From IMG/VR virus record IMGVR_UViG_3300032251_000001, positions 71,789 through 135,788 of that record: a stretch of DNA of 64,000 bases; one strand, given 5' to 3'. Position 1 is the stretch's first letter, and every line of letters starts with the position of its first letter. The notes under the pieces are model-generated. The model saw only the letters and a list, made by a program, of their open reading frames with translations, was not told the DNA's origin and searched no databases. This DNA is from a virus. A program made the translations under genes and the position numbers. Below, piece by piece: positions 9,881 through 19,737 of this stretch.

Positions 9881-10180
9881 ATGGAAAGTAATCAACTATT
9901 ACGGACAAGTAAGCAACACTTTTTCTCATTTAGAAAAGAACTTATAAAGTGTCTAAATGATAAGAATGAAGAGGGTTTAAAAGAAATATTATGTAAAGCA
10001 TTTACTAAGTTTAATCCAGTTAATAAAGATAAACATCCTCTTATTCTGGATATTAACATGGCAATCATATTATTGGAAAATAATGGTTGGAAAGTAAATG
10101 TAACAACTGTAAAGAACAAGGGTAAACAAATTGTTCTAACAAAAGGTAATACTAATTATAACAGTAACTACAAACATTAA
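9881..10180 (+). CDS. hypothetical protein
   Basis: SD aggagg; 99 aa. Confidence 0.7.
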   Translation: MESNQLLRTSKQHFFSFRKELIKCLNDKNEEGLKEILCKAFTKFNPVNKDKHPLILDINMAIILLENNGWKVNVTTVKNKGKQIVLTKGNTNYNSNYKH

Positions 10181-10202
10181 ATCTTTATAGGGGGATATCA
10201 AG

Positions 10203-10352
10203 ATGAGTAATTTAACACCAATGGAAATGTTTAATCGAGTACAAGACTTTAAAACTAAAGCACAAAACTTTACAATGACTATATCACAGGAAGGTGATAT
10301 GAAGTCAACTATTGAAAGGATTTTTGGTCTAAAAGGACTACCTTCTAAATAG
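10203..10352 (+). CDS. 49-aa hypothetical protein (not in ORF track)
   Basis: ATG after ggggga; MSNLTPMEMF...GLPSK stop, read manually. Confidence 0.5.
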   Translation: MSNLTPMEMFNRVQDFKTKAQNFTMTISQEGDMKSTIERIFGLKGLPSK

Positions 10353-10396
10353 TAATTTCTATGTTCCATAACTAAATTAATTGGAGAGGTAAATAA

Positions 10397-10582
10397 ATGA
10401 GTAAATTAATTAAGTATTTAATTATAGATGCACTTGTATATGGATTAGTATATTGTGGTTATAGAATAATTCAAAATGTAACTATAGCATTTATATTTAC
10501 TGCATTATGCATGATGATTATGACATTTGTAACAGTATTTGCTAACTATGAAGAAATAAGAAATCTAATAGAAGACAAATAG
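10397..10582 (+). CDS. small two-TM membrane protein
   Basis: Two hydrophobic helices; SD ggagagg. Confidence 0.7.
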   Translation: MSKLIKYLIIDALVYGLVYCGYRIIQNVTIAFIFTALCMMIMTFVTVFANYEEIRNLIEDK

Positions 10583-10686
10583 GAGCATTACATAATAGAA
10601 TTGTAAATAAACTTAGGCGAACCATATAATCAAATTAATCATATCAAATAGTTGATATGACAATAAATTATCCAAGGAGGATTATC

Positions 10687-10836
10687 ATGGCAATTCCTAA
10701 GAAATCAGTACCATTTGGTAAGATTAAGAATGAAAAGACTAGAAAGTTTGTTAAGAACTCATTCTTTATAGTAACAGTTTTAGGTGCATTAGTTGGTGAA
10801 AGTATACCAATATTTGACCCTGATTTACTGAAATAA
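10687..10836 (+). CDS. 49-aa protein with a hydrophobic segment (not in ORF track)
   Basis: SD aaggagg; MAIPKKSVPFGK...FFIVTVLGALVG...LLK stop; terminator follows. Confidence 0.65.
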   Translation: MAIPKKSVPFGKIKNEKTRKFVKNSFFIVTVLGALVGESIPIFDPDLLK

Positions 10837-10888
10837 CTAAATAAGACTCATAGAGTCTTATTTTTTTCATAATAAAGGAGAAATAAAA

Positions 10889-11380
10889 ATGACAGGAAAT
10901 AAGAACTTAAACCCAACAGCACCATTTGATAGTAGTGAGTTATTGAAGAAGATAATTCTAAAAGAAATAAAAAATATAAACTCTAAAGCTACTATCTATG
11001 AAGGTAATGAAATACCTTTCACCGATAACAAAGGTAAACTAAAAGGTAAGAAAAACTCAGCATACATTGGCTTTAAACCTTCAATGTCTAAAGATATCAT
11101 TAGAATTCACTTCAGATATTTAGGTGCTACTAAAGGTACAGTTGTAGAGAAGTTCGATTACTTTGTAAATAACTTTATCAATGTTCCAGAGAAATGCCAC
11201 ATATTAATCTTTGAAGGTGATGGATTCCCACCAAACAGTATTGAGATGGATTGGTTGAAGAAAAAGACTGAAGAATTTAACGAAACTAGTGAGAAATATA
11301 ATGGAAATAAAAAGGTACATTTAATGACTCTTAAACAATTTTCAACATGGCTTAAAGCACACGGTCATTACAATATATAA
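10889..11380 (+). CDS. PD-(D/E)XK-superfamily-like protein, catalytic motif apparently altered
   Basis: GTVVEKFDYFVNN...LIFEGDGF...WLK resembles the GSVDEK-type PD-(D/E)XK family; the ExK position reads IHFR. Confidence 0.5.
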   Translation: MTGNKNLNPTAPFDSSELLKKIILKEIKNINSKATIYEGNEIPFTDNKGKLKGKKNSAYIGFKPSMSKDIIRIHFRYLGATKGTVVEKFDYFVNNFINVPEKCHILIFEGDGFPPNSIEMDWLKKKTEEFNETSEKYNGNKKVHLMTLKQFSTWLKAHGHYNI

Positions 11381-11517
11381 AAATAAAATAAGACTCTACA
11401 TGGGTCTTATTTTTTTAATTCGTATTTAGTAGATAAATAGATATATATTATAATATTGAATACATTCGATATAAATTTATTATATTGAAATCTAACATAT
11501 ATACTAGGAGGTATATT

Positions 11518-12042
11518 ATGACTGCAAGAAGAGAATTTACAGCAGAACAAGTTTTAGAAGCTTTCACAATCCAAGATAAAACAATTCAAGTTGTTTATGA
11601 TAAAACTTATCTTTATGAATTAGGATTGGAAGTAGCTGGTGCAACTGCAACTGAACAGGAAGATTTATATTTAATTATTGTAGATGATATTTTTAAAAAA
11701 TATATCTCTCCAGAATCTCAAGTATTTTTCTTACTACATGAATTATCACATATTCTTAATGGTGATGTTGAATTGAATCGTAATGATACTACATCAGAAT
11801 TAATTTCAAATAGAATGGAATTAATTGAGGTAGGAAAAGTACAACCATCTGAATTATTAGCTGATGAAGGAGCTTTTAATTTATGTGAGGATAAGAACCT
11901 TCCAGTTAAAGCTTTAACTGAGTTAAAAGATTTTTATGCTTCAGCACCTACTAAGTGGGAGCAAGTAACTGAAGAATTAGTTACATGCAGTATTAATGAA
12001 CTAAATCTAAGAATTAAACACATTGAATCTCTTAATGTATAA
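11518..12042 (+). CDS. HExxH metalloprotease-like protein (ImmA/IrrE- or M48-like)
   Basis: FFLLHELSH plus ELLADE; start moved to ATG 11518 after taggagg. Confidence 0.6.
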   Translation: MTARREFTAEQVLEAFTIQDKTIQVVYDKTYLYELGLEVAGATATEQEDLYLIIVDDIFKKYISPESQVFFLLHELSHILNGDVELNRNDTTSELISNRMELIEVGKVQPSELLADEGAFNLCEDKNLPVKALTELKDFYASAPTKWEQVTEELVTCSINELNLRIKHIESLNV

Positions 12043-12102
12043 GGGGTTCATCATTCGATATAAATCTATTATATTGAAATAATATTATAAGGAGGTACAC
12101 AT

Positions 12103-12495
12103 ATGAAAGAATTATTTACAGTAACAAAATTACAAGCATCACAATTATTTATGTTAATACTTACACCAGTATTCTTATTCTTAATGGGATTATCTGGAGT
12201 AGAGAGTTTACTATATTGGATGTCAGTTTTAACATTATTAGCATATAAAGTAAGATTATATTATTTACTTAGAGAAGATATGCAAGCCATCAGAATGTTA
12301 ATATTGTCAACTATCTTAATGATAATTGGATTGATAATAGCTGGAGATGGAATAACATTTGCTGAAGGACTAGCAATAGAAGGAACATCAGCATGGAAAT
12401 TAATGATGGGTATATCAATTGAATTTGCAGCATTAATAATTCTAACAAATATTAATCATTTCCATAAACATACAAGAAAAAGAAGTAGAGCCTAA
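12103..12495 (+). CDS. four-TM membrane protein
   Basis: Four hydrophobic segments; SD taaggagg. Confidence 0.75.
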   Translation: MKELFTVTKLQASQLFMLILTPVFLFLMGLSGVESLLYWMSVLTLLAYKVRLYYLLREDMQAIRMLILSTILMIIGLIIAGDGITFAEGLAIEGTSAWKLMMGISIEFAALIILTNINHFHKHTRKRSRA

Positions 12496-12499
12496 CAAC

Positions 12500-13340
12500 C
12501 TCTATTTTTTTTAGCCAGTGTCTTAATTCAGAGAAAATAAAAGGGCAGCACTAATCTTAAAGAAATATATTATTCACTACAGTGGTAAGTCCGTCCAAAA
12601 ATTTCAAAGTAAACTTTCATAGACTTTTATAATGAAGGTATAAACTAATTCTACAAACATTATTCTTTTAAGTATATATAGTCTTATTTCTTTCTAATCT
12701 TTATAAAGATAATATAAAGATTCATTCAACTACGTTATATCTACATCTCCACTCCTTACCTCTGGGGGAGGTCGGGAGCTACGATTTGCTATACTTCGTC
12801 TCATTCTTCTTTTTTTACTTGAATAAGGGATTCATATATAAGATACTGAATATTTACCATGTATATAAAAACTCGTGGGATATCGTGTCACTCTAAATTG
12901 AATATAATCCCTATATACCCACTCTCTAGAAATCGCCCTATAAGGAGTAAAAAAATTAAAAAATTTTTTTCGTGGTATAGAGCCTTATAAAAAAACCATT
13001 TTTATTTTTTTCGAACTTCTTAGATATAGTATATATCCGTTTATAAAAGTGAGGGCATTACAATTCTCAAAAATCATCCATACCACCTAGACGGCACTTT
13101 TCAAGATTAGAAAACAATATCTCTCTCAGGAAAATTCCAATTTTGGTTTCAAACGCATTTTTTCTAAGGATATATAGACCCCATTTCAAGTGACTCGCCT
13201 CCTCATATAAATATCCATTTATCACCTGTCAAATCCCTTATATATAACCTATAGGAGAGATAAATTAAAATGAATATAAGTATATATTATAACCATGATA
13301 AAGTGAAATGGATATTAACTATTATATATGAAAGGATTAT
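12500..13340. other. long non-coding block (origin-, terminus- or RNA-like)
   Basis: ~840 bp with no ORF >=60 aa in a gene-dense genome; shares motifs with 15972-16716. Confidence 0.5.
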
Positions 13341-13346
13341 TTACCT

Positions 13347-13697
13347 ATGAGCAGTCTATTAGGTTTAGACAGTGTAAGTCAAAAGATACTTGAAATGAAA
13401 AGGACTGAGTGTGAATATAAGTTAAACAGTAGAAATGAATTAGATTATATTAAAGATTATATTACTAATTTAATTGAAAGAGAAGCTGATGTGACACTTG
13501 GTAAGGTTATGATACTTAGGATTGGTACTGATAGGGTTAGATTTATATTTAGAGTTAAAGATGAATCATTATCTATGTGGAGAGGTACTGGTTATTTACC
13601 AGATGAATTTGAAGAGGTAATTGATATTACCGATATGGATACTATAGATAAAAGTTTAAAGTATACAATTATTAAATGTCAAATATCTAAATTATAA
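13347..13697 (+). CDS. hypothetical protein, paralog family A
   Basis: C-terminal DTIDKSLKYTIIKCQISKL; TATATTAT upstream at 13283. Confidence 0.7.
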   Translation: MSSLLGLDSVSQKILEMKRTECEYKLNSRNELDYIKDYITNLIEREADVTLGKVMILRIGTDRVRFIFRVKDESLSMWRGTGYLPDEFEEVIDITDMDTIDKSLKYTIIKCQISKL

Positions 13698-13714
13698 AAT
13701 AGAAAGGGTTATAT

Positions 13715-14086
13715 ATGACTAATTATGAGCAGCATTTATTTAATTTAGTATATCCTAAGAAAGAATTATGGGATAATAATTTTATACACCGTAGGAAGAT
13801 TAGTATGTTTATTACTAAGAATTTCATTCCAGATTTAGATATAGTTAAGGGTAGGACTATGCAAATGAGTTATGATATTAATTTATCTACAGGTAGGGTT
13901 GAGATATTAGTTATGTATTATCCTCCCTCTAAGTTCTATGACTATGTTTTTAATAAGGGTAATACTGATAAAGTGTTTACAAAAGGTAGAAAGATATATA
14001 AGAGTGAATTTAGTTTTAGAGACCCATATAAATTATTAACATCTCTAAAGTATTTCGCTACTAAAATTAATATAAATAATCTATAG
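13715..14086 (+). CDS. hypothetical protein, probably family A
   Basis: C-terminal FRDPYKLLTSLKYFATKININNL. Confidence 0.7.
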   Translation: MTNYEQHLFNLVYPKKELWDNNFIHRRKISMFITKNFIPDLDIVKGRTMQMSYDINLSTGRVEILVMYYPPSKFYDYVFNKGNTDKVFTKGRKIYKSEFSFRDPYKLLTSLKYFATKININNL

Positions 14087-14099
14087 GAAGGAAATAAAT

Positions 14100-14522
14100 A
14101 TGAGTGAAGAAATAGAACTATTACAAGCTAAGATAGATGAGATTAATGTTGAATTATCTAATGCTACAGATTATAAAGAACGTAAACGTTTATATTCTAA
14201 AAGAGCTTATTTAACTTTTAGAAATGATTTAAAGAATAATTTATATGACCCTAAGACTATTATTCGTTATATATCTTCAGTATTTGAATATGAGTGTAGT
14301 GCATCTCAAGTTAGAATTAATCCTTACGCTAAATGGAGTCATAAGAAACAGATAGTAAAGATTAGAGTAGGTGTTAATTATGACTATAAATATAAGAGAA
14401 GTAGTGTTCAATCATGTGAGTTTGATACTGGTTATACTCTTAAATATAATACTATAGAAGAGTTAGATGTAGCATTAAGAGTTCCTATCACCGAAACATT
14501 AATACTATCAGTAAGGAGTTAA
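14100..14522 (+). CDS. hypothetical protein, family A
   Basis: C-terminal YNTIEELDVALRVPITETLI. Confidence 0.7.
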   Translation: MSEEIELLQAKIDEINVELSNATDYKERKRLYSKRAYLTFRNDLKNNLYDPKTIIRYISSVFEYECSASQVRINPYAKWSHKKQIVKIRVGVNYDYKYKRSSVQSCEFDTGYTLKYNTIEELDVALRVPITETLILSVRS

Positions 14523-14526
14523 TCAT

Positions 14527-14877
14527 ATGCCAGTAAGACGTTCAGACCCTTATAAGAGAAAATTATATAACACAGCTAGAAGAGACCTTATTAAAATGAT
14601 AGATGAGAAAGATTTCTATTCGAGTAGTAAAGTAAAGACTTATGTGATGAGAAGATTAAGCTATGAGTTAGGTATGGAAAGTGAAGTTATAGTTAAATCT
14701 ATATATGGAGGTTATTATAATACATTTGATGTTAAAGTTGTGTTAGATTATAATACATATCATGGTGTATATGACCCAACTAATAAAGAGGTATATGAAC
14801 ACATATTTCAAACACTAGAAGGATTAGATGAATTCTTAAAGAAAGCTATAGTAGAAACTGAGTTAAGAAGACTGTAA
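14527..14877 (+). CDS. hypothetical protein, family A
   Basis: C-terminal FQTLEGLDEFLKKAIVETELRRL. Confidence 0.7.
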   Translation: MPVRRSDPYKRKLYNTARRDLIKMIDEKDFYSSSKVKTYVMRRLSYELGMESEVIVKSIYGGYYNTFDVKVVLDYNTYHGVYDPTNKEVYEHIFQTLEGLDEFLKKAIVETELRRL

Positions 14878-14880
14878 TAT

Positions 14881-14923
14881 AAAGCGTATTTACTATGTTC
14901 CTAAGTATATATCATAATATTGA
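14881..14923. repeat. 43-bp dispersed repeat, inverted copy of 33971-34013
   Basis: aaagcgtatttactatgttcctaagtatatatcataatattga matches the reverse complement of 33971-34013 at 41/43. Confidence 0.85.
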
Positions 14924-14993
14924 TAATAATAATTAAACACTTAATATAGACATACTATGTTAAGACTAAACCATATATACTAGGAGGTATATT

Positions 14994-15227
14994 ATGTCTA
15001 ACTTAACTGAAAGAGAACAAAAGGAAAAAATCATTAGAGCATATCTTACATATCATTATGCTCGTAAAATTGTATTCTTCAGTGATAGAGTTGAATATAC
15101 ATTTGATGAAGCATTTCCTAAGACTAGAGTAGAAACTTTAGATAAAGCTTATAGAGCTGCTACTACTTGCCCTAGCTTTAAAGAGAAGCTTAATGTTATG
15201 AAACTTAAAAGTTTTCCAACTAACTAA
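14994..15227 (+). CDS. hypothetical protein
   Basis: Preceded by ccatatatactaggaggtatattATG. Confidence 0.75.
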   Translation: MSNLTEREQKEKIIRAYLTYHYARKIVFFSDRVEYTFDEAFPKTRVETLDKAYRAATTCPSFKEKLNVMKLKSFPTN

Positions 15228-15282
15228 TTCCGTATATATCTAATATAGGGAAACCCTTACATAATACCATAGGAGGTATATT

Positions 15283-15789
15283 ATGACAAACTTAACTAAC
15301 AATGAAAAAGTAGAAAGACTTATTAATAGAGCTGACGTTAAATCAGTACTAGTAAGAACAGTAGTAGAGTACACAGGTAAAGCAATTGGATTCGTAGTAG
15401 GAGAATCTGATATTGAAAGAGTTTTAGATTTACATGTAAACCAAGAGTTTGGTTCTAACTGTTCGGATAGTATTACATTTGATTATAATAACTATTCAGG
15501 TTCAATTGAAAACATGGGACAAGTATCTCATACAAGAGGAACATTAGCTGAATTCGTATTCGGTAGTGGTTCTCAATGTTTAACAAGAAGTTCTAAATAT
15601 AAAGATATATTAAGAATCTTATCATCAAGAGTAAGTGAAAGATTAACATTACTAGGTTTAAATGAATCTCAAATTACAGAGATTACTAAAAGAATCTCAT
15701 GGGAAACTATATTATACTCTATCATGTTAATCAGAGGAACTAGAGTTGAGCTAAGAGTTTATGACTCATGGTTAGAATTCCTAGGATAA
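15283..15789 (+). CDS. hypothetical protein
   Basis: taggaggtatattATG; MTNLT start resembles MSNLT of the previous gene. Confidence 0.75.
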   Translation: MTNLTNNEKVERLINRADVKSVLVRTVVEYTGKAIGFVVGESDIERVLDLHVNQEFGSNCSDSITFDYNNYSGSIENMGQVSHTRGTLAEFVFGSGSQCLTRSSKYKDILRILSSRVSERLTLLGLNESQITEITKRISWETILYSIMLIRGTRVELRVYDSWLEFLG

Positions 15790-15809
15790 AAAATATAGGA
15801 GGAATGCAC

Positions 15810-15971
15810 ATGGCAATTAAAATAGTTAAGAGTACTAAGACTAGAGATAAAGTTATAAATAATCTAGTTTATACAGGTGCAGTTGTCTGTAAATGTATAT
15901 ATGCTCTAGGTCTATGGGTAGAAAGTGATAATGCTCTACGTTACTTAGGTAGCGATGTATCAAAGAAATAA
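15810..15971 (+). CDS. small hypothetical protein
   Basis: Start moved to ATG 15810 after taggagg; terminator follows. Confidence 0.55.
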   Translation: MAIKIVKSTKTRDKVINNLVYTGAVVCKCIYALGLWVESDNALRYLGSDVSKK

Positions 15972-16716
15972 ACTCTTCATGGGTTTATTTTTTTTATATG
16001 TATTTAATATATAGACATCCATTTTATCAAGTATAGAATCCCCTATATATAGGTGAGGGAGAGTTCTAGATGAAATTAATAGGGGTTTATATATGGGTCA
16101 CTCTAGATAGGGTTTAAGGTAAGAAGTCTATTTTTTTGTATGTTCCTGAATGAACCTGCATTGATGGGACAGTGTTTAAACGTTAAAAAATATAGCTAAT
16201 GTGAGTTATTTTGCACGAGTTGAGCCTTTGACCACTTCTTCCACACGCACACACCAAGCGACAGACGGAGGGTACAATAACAAATTCTAGTAGTATGAAC
16301 CTTCAATATAAAACAAACTATCAAATTTTCAAGTGACACGCCCAAACCATATAGACTATATATACTCCTTTTTCTATATTTTATATATTTTACTCTATTT
16401 ATCTCTATGATTTTTATATAGATATGATTAACCTAATGAATGGATAGTTATATATTAAATATACATTATGATTTTCTAGTATAGGTTATCTATCTTTTTA
16501 TCTATATTTACTCTTATCATTTAGTAGTTATGCTATTGATTTCTATATGTAGTATTACCTTTAGTAGTGAATAGAGAGGTTTATTTAGGTTAGTATGTTT
16601 CTAATTTGAAAGAGTGGTTAGATTTTTATGCTTAGAAATAAAAAAAATAATATACTGGGTATATTATTTCTCTTTAAATTCTTTTTTCCTTTAAAAATAG
16701 TGAGTTAGATTCTGAT
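15972..16716. other. long non-coding block at a convergent strand switch
   Basis: ~745 bp with no ORF; shares motifs with 12500-13340. Confidence 0.5.
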
Positions 16717-17142
16717 TTATTTATAACTGTTAGAATCATTTTTCAACATAGCATTCATAAACATGTCTCTAATAATGTTAAAAACTTCTTCTTCACTACA
16801 TTCATTTGAAATTTGTCTATTAAGTATTTCTACTGAAATTTCATTTGTATAACTATCTGGTATATTAATATCACTGAATGGATTATTAGTTAAGTGTGAA
16901 CTCTTCAGTATATCATTATTAAATGTATGATTATATACATTTGAATTCTCTGGTAAGATAGGTGTTATATAAATTACTCTATGGTGTCCAAAGAATTCAG
17001 ATTCACATGAGAACTTATATTTATCACTTACTAGAGTTGCTACTATTAATTCTTGTTCTTTAATACATATTGCTTCACTTCCTTCTGTTTCTTTTACAAA
17101 TCTAACAACTGCTCGTTTAAAGTTATCATTTAGCATATGCAC
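16717..17142 (-). CDS. hypothetical protein, paralog family B
   Basis: DNFKRAVVRFVKETE N-terminus. Confidence 0.75.
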   Translation of the reverse strand: MHMLNDNFKRAVVRFVKETEGSEAICIKEQELIVATLVSDKYKFSCESEFFGHHRVIYITPILPENSNVYNHTFNNDILKSSHLTNNPFSDINIPDSYTNEISVEILNRQISNECSEEEVFNIIRDMFMNAMLKNDSNSYK

Positions 17143-17319
17143 CTACTTTACTATAATCTTTTTCATATTCTTCATCTTGTTTAGTTCAAACTCTAATTCT
17201 TCTATGTGATGATTAATATTACATCCATATCTAACTGGTCTTGGGTCATCTTTATTTAACATACATAGGTTGTCATCACCTACATAGAAATAACTACAAT
17301 ATTCTTCTATACATTTCAT
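17143..17319 (-). CDS. 58-aa Cys-containing protein (not in ORF track)
   Basis: SD ggag; MKCIEEYC...LC...GC...KIIVK stop, read manually; fills the gap in the operon. Confidence 0.6.
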   Translation of the reverse strand: MKCIEEYCSYFYVGDDNLCMLNKDDPRPVRYGCNINHHIEELEFELNKMKNMKKIIVK

Positions 17320-17336
17320 TATTTATACTCCTTTAA

Positions 17337-17657
17337 TTAAATTATCATATTCATAATCATCCTTCTAACACTGTCATATAGAAATACTTCAGTAGTAATC
17401 ATTGGTATTGTCATTATTGACTGGTATGAGTTTAATATACCATATAAATCTTCATCATCTCTTGATGCAGGTATATCCATTATCATTATTACACATTCGT
17501 CACTGTTTGCTGCATTTATCTTATATGTAAAATGATAATTATTACTAACCATTATTATAACTTCATGTTTTTGATATACTAAAATTGATGGTATTCTTTC
17601 TTCCGTTTCTTTAACGAATCTTTCTACTGCTTGTTTAAAATTATCAATTAGTATCAT
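17337..17657 (-). CDS. hypothetical protein, family B
   Basis: DNFKQAVERFVKETE N-terminus. Confidence 0.75.
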   Translation of the reverse strand: MILIDNFKQAVERFVKETEERIPSILVYQKHEVIIMVSNNYHFTYKINAANSDECVIMIMDIPASRDDEDLYGILNSYQSIMTIPMITTEVFLYDSVRRMIMNMII

Positions 17658-18081
17658 ATTCTTTAATATCCTTAATACTTATTTGTGATATTGGTGGTAA
17701 GAACTCAGCATAATTTCTTCTAGTAGCCATGATTTTTGGTAAAGGTTGTATTAGATTACCTGGATTTAAATCTGCTGCCATAGTTAATTCTCTAATTTTA
17801 GTATATAGATAATCTACAGTATTATCTGTTAGATTATAATCAACTTCTAGATTATTGAAGTGAGCTACATCATTAGGGTCTAAGTTTCTACTTCTAACTA
17901 TTACATATGATTCATTGTAATGTCCAGTTTCATTATATGCGAACACATAACTATTACTTTGTAAAGTCACCCTATTATTATGTGTCATAAGAATATTTTG
18001 CATCTCTTCTATACATATTAATTTACCATCATCTATTTCTTTTATAAACCTTTCTAATGCTTTTACAAAGTTATCTATCAT
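17644..18081 (-). CDS. hypothetical protein, family B
   Basis: DNFVKALERFIKEID N-terminus. Confidence 0.75.
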   Translation of the reverse strand: MIDNFVKALERFIKEIDDGKLICIEEMQNILMTHNNRVTLQSNSYVFAYNETGHYNESYVIVRSRNLDPNDVAHFNNLEVDYNLTDNTVDYLYTKIRELTMAADLNPGNLIQPLPKIMATRRNYAEFLPPISQISIKDIKEYDTN

Positions 18082-18676
18082 ACTTTATCTTCAATTCTAT
18101 ATCTATATCATATGCTCTTGTGATGGCTGATAAGTCATTTTTAATAATGTATAAAGGATTAGACATCTTATTAATTTTGAATAAGAATAACGATACATAA
18201 TCACGTTCTAATATCAAAATATCTTCATCTGGATAATTCTTTAGCTCTTCCATTACCTTTCCAGCATCTTTATAGAATAATGTTACATTTATTTCCTTAT
18301 TGAAGAAATCTTTTAAATATTCAAGGTTATTTAACTTATTCAGTGTTGTTTTAGATATCTTAGACTCTCTACTAATGACAACATTTAACATGTTCTCTTC
18401 AAAATAATCTTCTGAGAAGTCATCTCCCATTCTTCTATTACATGTAGGACATTTGAATCCATAAATACCATCATCATCTAATTCTTCATCATCAAAGGTC
18501 ATGTTAGGATGTATCTTTAATAAACCATCACAGTCATTAAAGATACATTCAACATATGTTTCAATTAATTCACTAACTCTGTATGACTTATCAATCTTGT
18601 CTTCAGCTTTAATTAAATTATAACCTTTATTTACACCTGTACCTTCAAGTTTTCTTCTAACTATATATCTACTCAT
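18071..18676 (-). CDS. hypothetical protein with Zn-ribbon motif
   Basis: CIFNDC...CPTC. Confidence 0.7.
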   Translation of the reverse strand: MSRYIVRRKLEGTGVNKGYNLIKAEDKIDKSYRVSELIETYVECIFNDCDGLLKIHPNMTFDDEELDDDGIYGFKCPTCNRRMGDDFSEDYFEENMLNVVISRESKISKTTLNKLNNLEYLKDFFNKEINVTLFYKDAGKVMEELKNYPDEDILILERDYVSLFLFKINKMSNPLYIIKNDLSAITRAYDIDIELKIKYDR

Positions 18677-18687
18677 TCATAGTCTCC

Positions 18688-18909
18688 TTATTCTACATCA
18701 TCTCCATAGATTTCTAATATTCTATCAAATAGATTATTAACTTCCTCCAATGATTCTGGGTCACTTACTATATCTATGAAATCTTCTTCAGTTGGCTCAT
18801 CAGGAACAAACAAAATCCATAACATGTATGCATTTTCATCATTAACTTTTCTTATTACATCATGCTTACGCTTTAATTCTTCTACTGCTGCTTTAATTAC
18901 ATCTTTCAT
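18688..18909 (-). CDS. acidic hypothetical protein
   Basis: SD aggag; 73 aa. Confidence 0.7.
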   Translation of the reverse strand: MKDVIKAAVEELKRKHDVIRKVNDENAYMLWILFVPDEPTEEDFIDIVSDPESLEEVNNLFDRILEIYGDDVE

Positions 18910-18922
18910 AATATCTCCTTTT

Positions 18923-19522
18923 CTAGGTTATAGTTATCTTATGTGATATAGCTACTTGAGGGTCTATAAATGTACGTCTCTCCATCATGGTATTAAACTT
19001 AGGTTGAGGTATCATCTCTACAGGCGTTACAATTGCATGATTTTTCATCATATGTGATTTAAACTGTTTTCTCATTAAATTAAATGAATTTAATACAGAA
19101 TCAAATGATTTATCAGCAGTTAATTCTTGATTAAGTTCTAACTCCATTACAAATGCTTTTAGCTCGTTTATCAACTCTTTTTCAGAATTGAAATGTAAAT
19201 AAAATAGATGTACATCGTCATTATAAAATGGTGAGTACATATCAGATAATGTTACATTCATGATTATAGAGTTAGTACAATTAGCTAATGATGGGTAATA
19301 TTCAATAGTCTTAAATATAAAGCTTTCATAATTACGATAATAATCAACTAAAAAGTTAGTAATTACACTTAATAAATGGTCTAAAGGGTCTTCAGAACTT
19401 ACTGAAGGTGTAAAAGTTGGATAAGTTAATTCTTGTATCATTCCATCATCTGAACTCATATCTCTAACTTCTTTAACTTTTATATAGCGTCCTCTACCAC
19501 TATCTATCTTTCGATATTCCAT
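18923..19522 (-). CDS. hypothetical protein, paralog of 22656..23081
   Basis: FNSEKELINELKAFVMELELNQEL motif. Confidence 0.75.
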   Translation of the reverse strand: MEYRKIDSGRGRYIKVKEVRDMSSDDGMIQELTYPTFTPSVSSEDPLDHLLSVITNFLVDYYRNYESFIFKTIEYYPSLANCTNSIIMNVTLSDMYSPFYNDDVHLFYLHFNSEKELINELKAFVMELELNQELTADKSFDSVLNSFNLMRKQFKSHMMKNHAIVTPVEMIPQPKFNTMMERRTFIDPQVAISHKITIT

Positions 19523-19533
19523 TATACCTCCTA

Positions 19534-19728
19534 CTAATCAATTCCATTTTTTAATAGAATTTCTACTCTAGCTTGTTGTTCCCAAGTCTTAAAGTGAAGT
19601 TCACATCCACAGCCATCACATAGTAGTTTTTTAATACCATCATGACTAGCAGATACCATTGACATATCATCCTCACATAGAGGACATTGAATACATTTCT
19701 TTGTAACTGTTCGTTGATTTACCTTCAT
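19534..19728 (-). CDS. small Zn-ribbon protein
   Basis: CPLC...CDGC. Confidence 0.7.
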   Translation of the reverse strand: MKVNQRTVTKKCIQCPLCEDDMSMVSASHDGIKKLLCDGCGCELHFKTWEQQARVEILLKNGID

Positions 19729-19737
19729 TCAGTCCTC

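Noticed and set aside
16140-16280. GC-richer patch as a tRNA candidate
   Set aside because: No cloverleaf, T-loop GTTCRA or acceptor stem could be built by eye; tRNAscan-SE would settle it.
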